This document shows, piece after piece, positions 9,749-21,600 of a DNA stretch of 64,000 bases. This DNA comes from a virus. Location of the stretch: the IMG/VR virus record IMGVR_UViG_3300037808_001516, positions 32,001 through 96,000 of that record. One strand, written 5' to 3'. Under the pieces are notes generated by a model. The model did no database searches. It was not told the DNA's origin and saw nothing but the letters and a program-made list of their open reading frames with translations. The stretch's first letter is position 1, and every line of letters starts with the position of its first letter. The position numbers and the translations under genes were made by a program.

Positions 9749-11550
9749 CTACAAACAACAACAGAGGCGTCACGGACGCAAACTATACTAGTGTAACTTT
9801 TGATGAAATAAAAGAAAGACTTTTAACACATGCCAAATCTCGATATCCTGACACATATAGAGATTTTAACGCGTCGTCTTTTGGATCGATGATGTTCGAC
9901 TTAGTGGCCATGATGAGTGAGCAATTAAACTTTTACGCAAATTATGTAGGGAATGAGTCGTACGTCCAATCCGCGTACACCATGTCCGCATTAGAAAAAC
10001 TTGGGTCCGAAAACGGAGTAGATGTAAGCAATGCTATAACTTCCTACGGCACTGTCAGTATATATACTGCAATACCCGCCGACGCAGTCTTGGGAACAAT
10101 AGATAGTTCATATACTCACAGGATCCTGAAGGGTGCGGTATTCACAACTCCCTCTGGCGGAAGATACACTTCGACTCAAGACGCCGTCGTCGACTTGGGG
10201 TCTACGAACATTATAGGTACAACATTCTCAGACGACGATTCGAGAATTACGTACTTTGTATACAAGGTTGATGTTCCTGTTGTATCTGGTGAAGAAAGAA
10301 CGACTACATTAAATATTGGAACATATAGAAAGTTTTTAAAATTTGAAATAAGTGACTTAACATTATCGAATATAATAGATGTAGAAGATTCAAACGGAAA
10401 CAAATATTATGAGACTTCAAATTTAGCCCAGAACGTTATTTACAAGGAGTTGCCAAGTAGAGATAATAACGATCCGACGGTACCGTCGAAGCTAGTACCA
10501 ATGCCCGTACCAAGAAGGTTTACAAAGGAAATTAATAATGGACTCACCAGTCTCGTGTATGGCTTCGGATCCGAAGACGACCTAAAGGTTAAAAATGTTG
10601 CAAACCCAAATAAGATAGCAACTCAACAACCCGGAAAAGAGTATGTTACAGATAATGTATTTGACCCCGCACAATTGCAATCTACTGACAAATTTGGAGT
10701 GGCTCCACAAAACACAACCTTGACAATAAAATACAGGTCAAACACAACAGAGAACTCAAACGCACCAGTAAATTCTATAAACGGCATCTCCTCAGCACAG
10801 ATTATTTTTGAAAATGAAAATAATCTGGATGCCGACAAAGTTGCTTTTATAAGGAATAATATCGCTGTCACCAACAGTGAGCCAATAAACGGAACATTAA
10901 AATTTAACACGACCCAGGAAATATCCCAAAGAATAAAAGCATCTTTAGGTTCTCAATCCCGCGCAGTCACTCTGCAGGATTATGTCGCATCAGCCTATTC
11001 TATGCCTGCAAGCTTTGGCGCGCTAACGAGAGCATCAATAAGCAGAGATACAAACGACCTGAAAAGGAACTTGAACATGTATGTGATTTCACAAGACGTA
11101 GATGGAAATCTTCAACAAGCCAGCGCGCCATTAAAAAATAACCTTAAAACTTGGTTAAATTCAGTTAGAATGGTGACTGATACTCTAGACATCTTCGATG
11201 CAAAGATAGTGAACGTTGGGTTGGAGATTGACATTGTCGTGGACCAGAGAACTAACTTCTCTACTGTCTTGTCGGAGGTCAGAGAAAAGCTCTTTGACGA
11301 ATTAACTCTGGTGAGACCAGAAATCGGGCAGCATTTTTCGGTCGGCGATGTAGAAAAGATACTAAGTAAAATACCTTATGTTGTGAGGTTTAACAGTGTA
11401 AAAGTAGTGTCAAAATCGGGAACAGGATATTCGGACATAAGATACGACATTGCAACCAACATATCACCAGACGGCGGTTTGGTGTACATTCCGGAAGACT
11501 GTATCTGGGAAATTAAAAACGCATCAGATATAACAGGGAAGGTTCAATAA
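9745..11550 (+). CDS. Baseplate wedge protein, T4 gp6/baseplate J-like
   Basis: NYTSVTFDEIKERL..YPDTYRDFNASSFGSMMFDL at the N-terminus and SQSRAVTLQDY, both typical of gp6; 601 aa. Confidence 0.85.
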   Translation: MTTNNNRGVTDANYTSVTFDEIKERLLTHAKSRYPDTYRDFNASSFGSMMFDLVAMMSEQLNFYANYVGNESYVQSAYTMSALEKLGSENGVDVSNAITSYGTVSIYTAIPADAVLGTIDSSYTHRILKGAVFTTPSGGRYTSTQDAVVDLGSTNIIGTTFSDDDSRITYFVYKVDVPVVSGEERTTTLNIGTYRKFLKFEISDLTLSNIIDVEDSNGNKYYETSNLAQNVIYKELPSRDNNDPTVPSKLVPMPVPRRFTKEINNGLTSLVYGFGSEDDLKVKNVANPNKIATQQPGKEYVTDNVFDPAQLQSTDKFGVAPQNTTLTIKYRSNTTENSNAPVNSINGISSAQIIFENENNLDADKVAFIRNNIAVTNSEPINGTLKFNTTQEISQRIKASLGSQSRAVTLQDYVASAYSMPASFGALTRASISRDTNDLKRNLNMYVISQDVDGNLQQASAPLKNNLKTWLNSVRMVTDTLDIFDAKIVNVGLEIDIVVDQRTNFSTVLSEVREKLFDELTLVRPEIGQHFSVGDVEKILSKIPYVVRFNSVKVVSKSGTGYSDIRYDIATNISPDGGLVYIPEDCIWEIKNASDITGKVQ

Positions 11551-12665
11551 TGAGTATAAAAAGATATGTTGCAAATAAAGACAATACTATAACAAACGCA
11601 TTTAAAGAAAATCTACAAACACGCGCCACCGAAGCAAACATGGGTGCTTCTGATATAATTGAGGTTTTTTCAATTTATGGCCAGGCATCGACATCTTCAG
11701 CCGAGCAGGCTAGAATACTAATCGAATTTCCAGTTTCTCAGGTTGTTTCAGATAGATCAGCTTCCAGGATTGCAGCCTCTGGCAGTGTAAGTTTTGTTTT
11801 AAAGTTGACAAATGCTGAACATTCCTTTACCACCCCATCTGACTTTACTTTGAGTGTGTATCGTCTCTTAAATCCCTGGACAGAAGGTACAGGACTAGAC
11901 ATGGAAACCTACACAGATACTGGTGTAAGCAGTTGGACTTACAGAGTCTCTGGTTCACAATGGAGCGGCGCCGACGGGAGTTTCGCGGATAATACGCGAT
12001 CGGATGTGGCTTTTGAATCGGGAACAGAGAATCTAGAAGTAGATATTAGTGACATTGTAGAAGACTGGATTGATGGAACAGCAAATAATTATGGCCTGTT
12101 GATAAAGCTGTCAGGATCCGCAGAGAATGTTGTCGGAGGCGCCGACCCAATCGCGGAAAAATCTTACTACACAAAGAGGTTTTTTGCAAGACAATCTCAA
12201 TATTTTTTCAAAAGGCCAATAATCGAAGCGAGGTGGGATAGTTCTTCAGTACATACAGCCTCTCTTCCAAGTCCTTATGTTAGAGCGGACGAGTACTTAT
12301 ATAAAATAACGAATTTTAAATCGTCGTATAAGACGTATGAGAATGTAACATTTAAGGTGAATACAAGAAACAAAGACTGGCAACCAAACGTCTATACTGT
12401 TGCCACGAACAAAGCACCCGTTGACTTGGTTGATGAATCCTATTATAAAATTAGAAGAGTGGTGGACAATTACGTAGTTGTTGATTATTCAACTGGAAGC
12501 GCGCCAGCGTATTCCAAGCTATCATACAATGCGACCGGATCCTATTTTGATTTTGATATGTCAAATTTAGAACCAAACTATTTATATGAAATAAGCTTTT
12601 TAAGAAGAAACGAAAACGATTACATCGAACAGAAAGAGAAATTTAAATTTAGAGTTGATCCATGA
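11550..12665 (+). CDS. Baseplate-associated protein with DNRLRE-like beta-sandwich
   Basis: ARILIEF...W.EGTG...VDISDIVEDWIDGTANNYGLLIK...RPIIEARW pattern; TAATG-coupled to the gp6-like gene. Confidence 0.55.
   Translation: MSIKRYVANKDNTITNAFKENLQTRATEANMGASDIIEVFSIYGQASTSSAEQARILIEFPVSQVVSDRSASRIAASGSVSFVLKLTNAEHSFTTPSDFTLSVYRLLNPWTEGTGLDMETYTDTGVSSWTYRVSGSQWSGADGSFADNTRSDVAFESGTENLEVDISDIVEDWIDGTANNYGLLIKLSGSAENVVGGADPIAEKSYYTKRFFARQSQYFFKRPIIEARWDSSSVHTASLPSPYVRADEYLYKITNFKSSYKTYENVTFKVNTRNKDWQPNVYTVATNKAPVDLVDESYYKIRRVVDNYVVVDYSTGSAPAYSKLSYNATGSYFDFDMSNLEPNYLYEISFLRRNENDYIEQKEKFKFRVDP
12577..12585 (+). promoter_or_regulatory. Putative late promoter ACTATTTAT inside the upstream CDS
   Basis: Exact motif about 76 nt upstream of the 3452-aa gene start. 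Confidence 0.4.
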
Positions 12666-15600
12666 CAGACTACAGAGCAAAGACAGAGAAATCAAAATCA
12701 TCCGATAGAAAAGAAAAATTCTTTACTAGAAGAAATATCCCCTCGGCTAACGAGAACCGTCAAGGTTTAACATCAAAAGAGCAGGAGTCGGACGGTCTAA
12801 TAAAGAAGACCAGAGATATTACAAACAAATATAGACCCGACATCATTGTAAAAGACCCAAGCACTTTCGCGTTCTTTGGCAGTGCTAAAAAATACTATGA
12901 AGACGCTTTCTCCAACATTGTTAATTATTATCCGTTTGACGGATCAAGAAAAGAAATATTGGAGTGGTATGAGACAGCAACATCAGTCGAGATTGGAATG
13001 CTACACAATCATTGGCCATCATATGTCGGCCATGTCTCGATCGATTCACAACAATATATAAGTTTTTATAGTGGCCCTCAATCAATTGCTGAGTCAGAGT
13101 ACATGGGAGCATACACTCGCGGAGAGACGGGACTGAGACTGGATCCCTCCAAAGGAAATACAGTTGAGTTTTGGCTGAAGAAGGGCAGCTGGTCTATTCC
13201 GGAAGAAGTAGTGTTTGACATAGGGTCATACCCTGGAAAGGTCTCCGCTGCAAACGGTGGCCAGTTTAAGTTATATCTTTCAAATTCTTCTGGCTCACCA
13301 TTCCACGTGGACTATAGTATCGGTACAACCGGAATTTCTGCAACAAACATAGGGTCGTCTAATATTACAACTAGCTCTGTCGGAGACAGTGCTTGGCACC
13401 ATTATGCGCTTAAGGTTCACCAAGAGGATAGTAAACTTCATATGAAGTTGTACGTGGACGGTAAATACGACTCTCTTACGACTTCTTCTGTGGCTACTAT
13501 GGGTAGCGTCGACACATATATGTCCGGCCGCATTGGCGCCGCTCAAGCCGACACCACAGGATCTTTATCAGGATCCATGGATGATTTTAGGTTTTGGAAA
13601 GGGAAGAGAACGTCAAAACAAATCAGTAGATTTTTCGACCAAAAAGTATTTGCTAGCGAAAACTTAGAGGAAACCTATGAGACTAAATTGGGATTGTACT
13701 ATAGATTTAATAAGCCAGCAATAGCTGATACCGAGACAGATAGATTAGTTGTAGATTACTCCGGAAACGACATCACTGGTCAAATATATAAATACGACAA
13801 CACTGTGAGGGTAGCGGAGTCCGCAATAACAATATCCCCATACACTTCAGCATCAGAATTGCAAGACCCCCACCTTGAGGATAAAAGCAGCGCCGTACAG
13901 GATCTGAAGGTTGATTTGGTAAATATAGGAGAATCTTACGACATAAACAACGCTTCTAATTTAAAAAATTTCGTACCAGAATGGGTCTTTGACAACAACA
14001 ACGATGGACTTTCTAATCCAGACAGTCATGTGTCTATATTGTTTCATCTGTTGGCATCTGAATTTGACGAGATCAGACAAAAGATCGATGGCATCAAGCT
14101 TGAAAAATTACCCAGATACGAATCAATTACTCAAGAAATTACAAGCCACGAAGACTTTTCTCAGTTAGGAATGTCGTCAAGCTACATGCAAAACAACTTT
14201 TTCATCGGATGTGATGATAGTGGAGAAATATACGCTCCATCTTTAGGTTCTCATGCTGAATTTTCAGTCAGGAAATGTGAGAACGTCGGATTTAATGTTG
14301 TTCAGAAGCCCTTGTCGAGCGTAGATCCGAATGATGAACAGGATCTTAAGGTCGCGCAAGTATCAATAACGAAGCCATTCGAAGAAATAAGAAGAGCGAT
14401 TCTTGAAAATGTATATTCATCAGCTAAGTATATGTTAAAAAGAAAAGGCACCGCCACAGCTTTTGGCGCGGTACTAAGATCATATGGCGTTGATGAGGAT
14501 CTAGTGTCTCTTAACATCTATGGAAGAAACTCTGAGACTTTTATAGACAACTCAAAATTAGATACGGCCATCGACGAAAGAAATAGTGTCTATTTTGGAG
14601 AGAACCTGAATTCGACAATATTTCTATCGTCATCGGATAACGAGGAAAGAACTTACCTACAAGCAGACACGGATGAAACAGAATATACATTTGAAGGCAC
14701 ATTCATGTTTCCCTCCTTTCGAGATAAGCAGCATGATACAAACACCTCGTCTATCTTTGGTGTTTCCGAGGTTTCTGCTATTAATAACAACCTGACAGCG
14801 CCCGCAACCAATAATGCTGATTTTGTTGTCAAAGTGGCGAAGGACAATCTTTCTTCTGACGATGCCAAGTTTATCTTGACGTCTCCCGCAGGAATCATAT
14901 CAGATCTGGAATCAAATGTATTTAGAGATGTTTATGATAATTCTCGATGGAACATAGCCCTAAAGGTTGTAAAGGATCTAGATAACAAATTTGTAAGCTC
15001 TTCCGCGGCAACGTACAAGGTAGAGCTTGTAGGTCACAATCACATATTGGATACACTCCAAAATTCGTTTAGCATCACTTCGTCTTTGACCCAAGCCGAA
15101 TATGAAAACTTCCGAAGCGCACATAAAACAATCTTTATCGGCGCACAAAGAACCAACATAACAGGATCAGTAGTTACTTCGACTGACATCAAGGTTGTGG
15201 ACTTCAACGGATGGAATGACGACCTTTCATTAGACGAGCTGAAAGTTAGATCTATGACACCATCAACCACTGGTAGAGACAATTCAGATACTTACAGAGA
15301 AAACTACAACACGGTAAATAAACTGAAAGATAAGAACAAGATTTTTTCAATTCAGTTTGATGCTATATCTGCCTTATCATCGGAAAATACTTTGGTTGCC
15401 GTAGATGCAACCTCTGGATCCGTAGACCATGTGGCAAGGTATGGACAATTAATTGGAAACAAGTATCCAGCAAAGTCCACAGTGTTCTCCAAAAACCTAA
15501 CAAATGTAATACAGAGGGAGTACTTGCCGGTTGTGAGAAACATTCCTCTTGGCAACGACCATGGAGAACAGGGAATACAAACCAAGGCAGCAGAGATAAA

Positions 15601-18600
15601 CAAGTTTGACCTCTCTTCCAGACCACAGAGTAAGCTACTTTCTTTTGAAAAGAGTATGTACCAAGCAATTTCAAGAGAGATGGTCGACTTTGTGGGAGGG
15701 CTGTTGTCATTTAACAATCTGATAGGTGAGCCAGTAAACAAATATAGGAAGAGTTATAAGATGTTAGATCATCTACGTCAAAAATTCTTCGAAACGGTGG
15801 AGAGCGAAAATCAATTCGAAAGATTCGTAAGTTACTTCCGGTGGATCGACAAGTCTGTAGGACACTTCCTAGATCAGATGGTTCCCGCAACCGCAACTAC
15901 CAACACAGGCATAGAAGATGTTATAGAATCGCACGCACTAGAAAGAAACAAGTACGACCACAAGGCACCATTTGTGGAGAGAAAAGAGTATGACTCGGGA
16001 CTTGAGACTAACCTTTTAGCTATAAACGAGCTTCTTTATGACTGGGAGCACGGCCACAATTCTGACAGCGAGGCTGATCATTGCTTGTGGCAGAAAGACA
16101 GGAAAGAGAGGACGGGAGATAGAGAGACCATAAGAAAAGTCTTAACCACTGTGGTCTCAGGATCAACCTATGTTACCAGAAACCTAGTAAAGCCGTATCG
16201 ACACACTATAGATAGGCAAACTCTATTGAACATAGGGTCAAACAGAAACGCAAACAAGAATAAAGATTTATATAAAATAGTCAATGAGGGTAAAGAGATC
16301 TCCATATCTTCAAGCGATATTTATGAATTCAAGCAATGCAACGATGTAATAAACCCGCAGCAAGAAAAGATATATTCAGCGAAGACTAACACGACAACAA
16401 CAGATAGTTACCTTGACGCAGATTCAGACATGATTCTACCGTTCAGTTTATACAGCTCTTCAGTTGGTGTAGATTTCGAGAATTTCAAGCAAAACCTAAA
16501 GATAACTAACAACCATGACGGAACGCCTTCGTTACAAAGTCCATTCGTCAAGAGTCTCGTCGGAGGCATGCCTCATAGGAGCGTCAAATTTGGCACTGCT
16601 GACGCTGACCGTCCCGAAGCATACGATGTATCATCTTCTGCAAATACACTCACCATAAAGCAAACCTCGGCCCCTAAGTCCATGTTTCACCGTGATTTAG
16701 GAGGAGCCCGGTTCTATCACATTGGAAATGTAAAAACCACAGAGACTCCCTTAGTAATCGGAAATTATTCTAAAGACTATGAAATTGTCATGACCAACGG
16801 CCGTTCGTTGAACAACAATTATTTGGTAGAGAACGAAGGTCTAAATTTGACAGGCGGTATTTCACAGGGCCTGTATGTTCCAGCTATCACCGAGTTTGAA
16901 GTTCCTCAGAGGCCAGCGCGAGACCACGTCATAGTTAATCGCTTTAACGCGCCAGGAGGAGCAGAATCATCAACTCCACAGGGCATGAACAGGGAATCCT
17001 TAGAGTACTCAGTGTACAGTACTGTAAATTACAGAAACGGCGTGGTTCGATACATAGAAGATTTCCTGTCAGAAGAACACTCAGAGCAATTCGGATACCG
17101 ATCCGGCAGCACGACACAAGCTTCTAGACACATGACGAATAGAAACACCGGCAAAAAGACGGGGTCTTTAGGTCAAGAGCTGGAATACGACAACAACTAC
17201 GTCCAGCACGAAATACCACAAAATGATTTTGGATATTCTTGGGTGACGTCATCTGCAAATGAAAGCGTATACAGTTTTCTAAATAAGAATGAAAACACCG
17301 GTCATCAACATTTGCTTAACATATCTGGAGCCCTGAAATCATCTCAGACGATAACTTTCTTGGGAACCTCAGAGTTGACGCCAAACTTAGACTTTGTGAA
17401 TTTAAATACCTTTACAACTAGAAGTTTGACGTCTGATGTGAACATGCTGACAAACAACTCTGCAGACTTAAACTCAATCGTACTTAATCGCCAGGGACCA
17501 TACGGATGGCCATCTTGGAAACAATTAAAGGGAGAGCAACATCCCATTACGAAAGCACACAAGAAAAACAACAAGCTTTCGGTTGTTTATCGTACACACA
17601 ATTCAAAAAAATATGCTTTTGTGGATTCTATTAAGGGTGATTATGAGTTCGACTTCAAAGACACAATTGACATTAGCGACACTAACACTTCCGCAAGATT
17701 GGTTGACAACTATGATGAGATGTATATTACATCTAAGTTCAATCCATTGAACGTAAACTTAACTAGATTTGACAACACCAGTATCAGTTTAGAAAATCTA
17801 GATTTGGCAATTCGCTCGGCCATCGGTGTACCTATTTTAGCAGTAAACCAATTATCTCAGCATCACATGTGGACAAACGATGAATACTATTTGGGAACGG
17901 TTTTGCGTGACGCATCCAGACATAGCGATGGACTATCTTTTGATGAAGAAGATGAGTTCATGATGTTTAGCCCTGAAGGGGCCCTGAGTGAGGATGAGCA
18001 AGCAATGCTGTCAACTGCGCTTGGTGGTCTACGCGAGTCGGCCGCCGTGTCTATGCGTGCCACAGTACAAAACAAAATAACAGGCTTCGCTCAAAGAAAG
18101 TTTGAAAATTTGGTAATAGCAGGAGTGCAAAACCCAGAAATATGGTCAAAGTATATTGACCATGACAAATATGTTTCAGAGACTAGTTTTGCAGTTCTTA
18201 AGAATTTTCTTACGGAGGGTATTACCTCAAGAACAATGAGAGAGTTGAACTACATAGAGACAATATATCCGAGAGAGATAAATACCTACAAATCAAAAAT
18301 CAGAGCTAGGGATAGCTTTGATTTCTTTGGATGGAATAGTACCAGGTCTAATAGACAGTTAATCTTAACTGGAAACGTTTCTTACGATACTCCTCTGATC
18401 GAGAACTCAGATGTCCGATTGTTTTTTCCTCAATCTGCCTTGGCCGAAGAAAGAGAGTTTAAAAAGTCGTTTTACAATACGGTGGAGATGGTCGATATAA
18501 ATTCAACGGGATCAGATGCTTCGACAACGTCTAGCACACACATCACGGCTAGCAGCTGGGTCCTTGATTCTCGTGAAACTTTTACTGGCTTACCGTTGAA

Positions 18601-21600
18601 TATAACATCTTCATACTTCACAGAAGGGGATAATTTCCTTAGGTCCCGATCACAGGGCACAAGGGGAGAAGGCATTTTACAAAACGATTACAGTATTTTT
18701 GGATTAGGATATAATGGACTTCGGGGTGCACCTCCGATATCACCAGTATATAACAGAAGAATACCGCAGATTCACGGAAACAACTCTTACTTGGCTGGTG
18801 AGGCGAAATACGAAGCCGCCGCTACTCGAACGGGCCCGTTTTACGATTCATATCAAGACTACGCCGAAGGTTTAAGATCCGCAGGTCAGACATATTCGCT
18901 GATTCCTGAATTCCGAATGCACAAAGTTATAGAAGATTATCTTACAACCGTCGATTCTTCGAAGTTTGCAATTGATGAGTTCCTAGAATTAACAGGGACA
19001 GTATACCACACATCTTCAGGTAACCTGTCAGTTGGAACGCAGTTTTTTGAAACATACTCGATGACTGATTTTATGAAATATTTTCAAGTTGTGAAAGATG
19101 ATATCGAAAATGAGAATCTTGGACTGGCTCCTGGCAAATTAACATTAAGGTGTCAAGCCGTGAAAAGATTTTTGCCTTATAGAGGATTCTATCCAGCAGA
19201 AAGAGTCGTCCAGATATCCGAAGTTTTCGACAGGAGTTATCTTCGACCCGGGTCATATGGTTCAAAGTATATTGAAAACGATTCTATAAAAGAAGATGCA
19301 GCTAAATCTTATCTAGATTTAAGAATTGAAAATTCAAAAGCTCAAGCAATAAAGCCGCTTATGGCGCCTGGTGTGTTAATGAATTCGATAAAAACTGGCC
19401 TCGCGGTTGATTATCCGATATTCAGCTCATCAGTAGATACTGGTGTGAGTTATATTTTCAACAATCATATCACATCAGCTCTAGACGACTTTTCTTTGCT
19501 TTCTCTCGGAACATCAACCGCTTTCACCGGGTCCCTAATTAACTCGTCTGTAGATGAAGGCATACCGAGAGTTAGCGGTACTCTGGATTACAGAGTGTCT
19601 TTTGAAGATTTGTTATATCCACACCGCATTTGGGATCAAATTGTTTATGACAACGAACCACACCCAAGCGCGAGTATGTTGCATGGGACAACAGATCACC
19701 TTAAGGTGCTCGACCGTCCACCACGATTTGGAAACATCGATAGAGATATGTCTACTCAGTATGGCGCAATGAATTTTGAAACGTCAGAAAATGCATTTGC
19801 AATTTCTATGCTGCCTTTCACATTAGCTACTAATAATTTTTGTGCAGAAACTGTAAATTTCTTCTTGGAGGACGGAGTGTTGAATACTGCTATTTCGGCC
19901 CCGGGTGCACAATATTTTGATAACTTGACCTACAAGATGAGAGTGCATCTCGCGAACGAAGACACAGTCATGTACGATAGACACTCTGCTTTCGGCCCAC
20001 CAGTAGACGAAGGCAATCCAGAGATCACTACGTATAACCTGTCTAGCACAAAGATTTACAACGATGACGGTACCGCCGCCTCGGCTTCCGTGTCTTTCGC
20101 CGCTTCTACGGCTAGACCCCTCACTGAGATTCCAACAGAGGTCACGGCGTCGTCTCTTACTGTACTAAATGCTGTATTTGACTCTTTTCCAGGTTTTAGC
20201 TTCGAGTCTGCAAACTCTCAAACCGTTAATGTAAAATATTACGATTCAGAAAACTTTGTCGGAGATAACATAAAGTTTAAGTTTGGAGAAGCTTACACTA
20301 GTGCAACTCAAACATTTCTAAGTACAGCTCTCCAGCACCCAAGAATCACCATTTCTGGCGCCGCTGGCCAGCACAAATTTAGATTTTACAACTCCAACAC
20401 TTCGGGCGGTACGCAGTCGGACCTTTCGGATACTGCTTATGTCAATGTTTATGATACTAGCGCCGGCGCCTTACGCGATGGTTCAGAAGTCGCTCAAGAG
20501 TTTTTCACAAAGTTTGTGTCAATACCTGTAATGAGCCAATCTTTTGCAGCTTTCTTGGGCACCGGCGCGGACGCCGGGAAGCTTAACTTGTTCGGACGAA
20601 CTAGAAGTATAGATTCGGACATATCGATAACATCAGACATATCAATCGCCGGATTTAGTCATTATGACGACACATCCACAAAATTCATAGCCAGAATAAC
20701 AACAGGTAGCAACTCAAATGGTCATACGTCTGGGGATTACGGAACAGAGCAAATAAACTTTTCTTCTTCTGCTACATCCACTTCATGGGCTGCTCGTCTG
20801 GCTGCGCTGGATTCCTCAATTAGCAGATACGTTAATATTGGCGCCGCAGAGCCATTGTCTGCCGCTACAGTCGCTACGGCAACTAGGGACGCAGTTTTGG
20901 CCTTATCGTCTTCAACTGCCGCCTATCAGATTTCTGCATCAATCGGAGCCTCTTCCAACATTGTGACCTTGAGAAGACTAGACTCAGGTTCGCAGGGAAA
21001 TGTTCCGATAGGCAACCCAGGAGAAGCTGTTTCTGCAACTGATCTAGTTTCTTCGATCAGTACCAGTTTCGCCGGCGGTGCGCTACAAACCATCGCCGGA
21101 AAAGCAGATGTTTTTACTCCAACTACTGCGATTCAATCCGGATCTCATGGACATTTACCATATGTGCCACCCTTTTTAGATCCGAATACTAGCCCTTACG
21201 CAGAGTTAAGTTTTACACCAGCTAGCGCTGGAGAATATACGATTCCAGAGGTTCTAAATGACCTGCAAATAACATATTACAACATGCCTGCGCCGTCAAA
21301 TCAGTCAGAAAACATTAATTACAACGCAGCAATGGTGCTTTCTGCATCCATAGACTTTAAGAATCACATAAAGTTGCGAAGCGATCACACTAATACGAAC
21401 GTCGGATCAAATACTGTCGACCCAAACTCCGTTGATTTAAACAGATGGGTGATTAGACCCAAATGGGAAACTCCAATAATCGATTTCTCATTTGTCACAG
21501 CCAGCGCTATCAATCTGAACGATAACAGCGAGCAGCAAGTTTCGGGATCTCCATGGAAAACGAGATACCAGTCAAATTACTATGAAACGTTAAAGACATC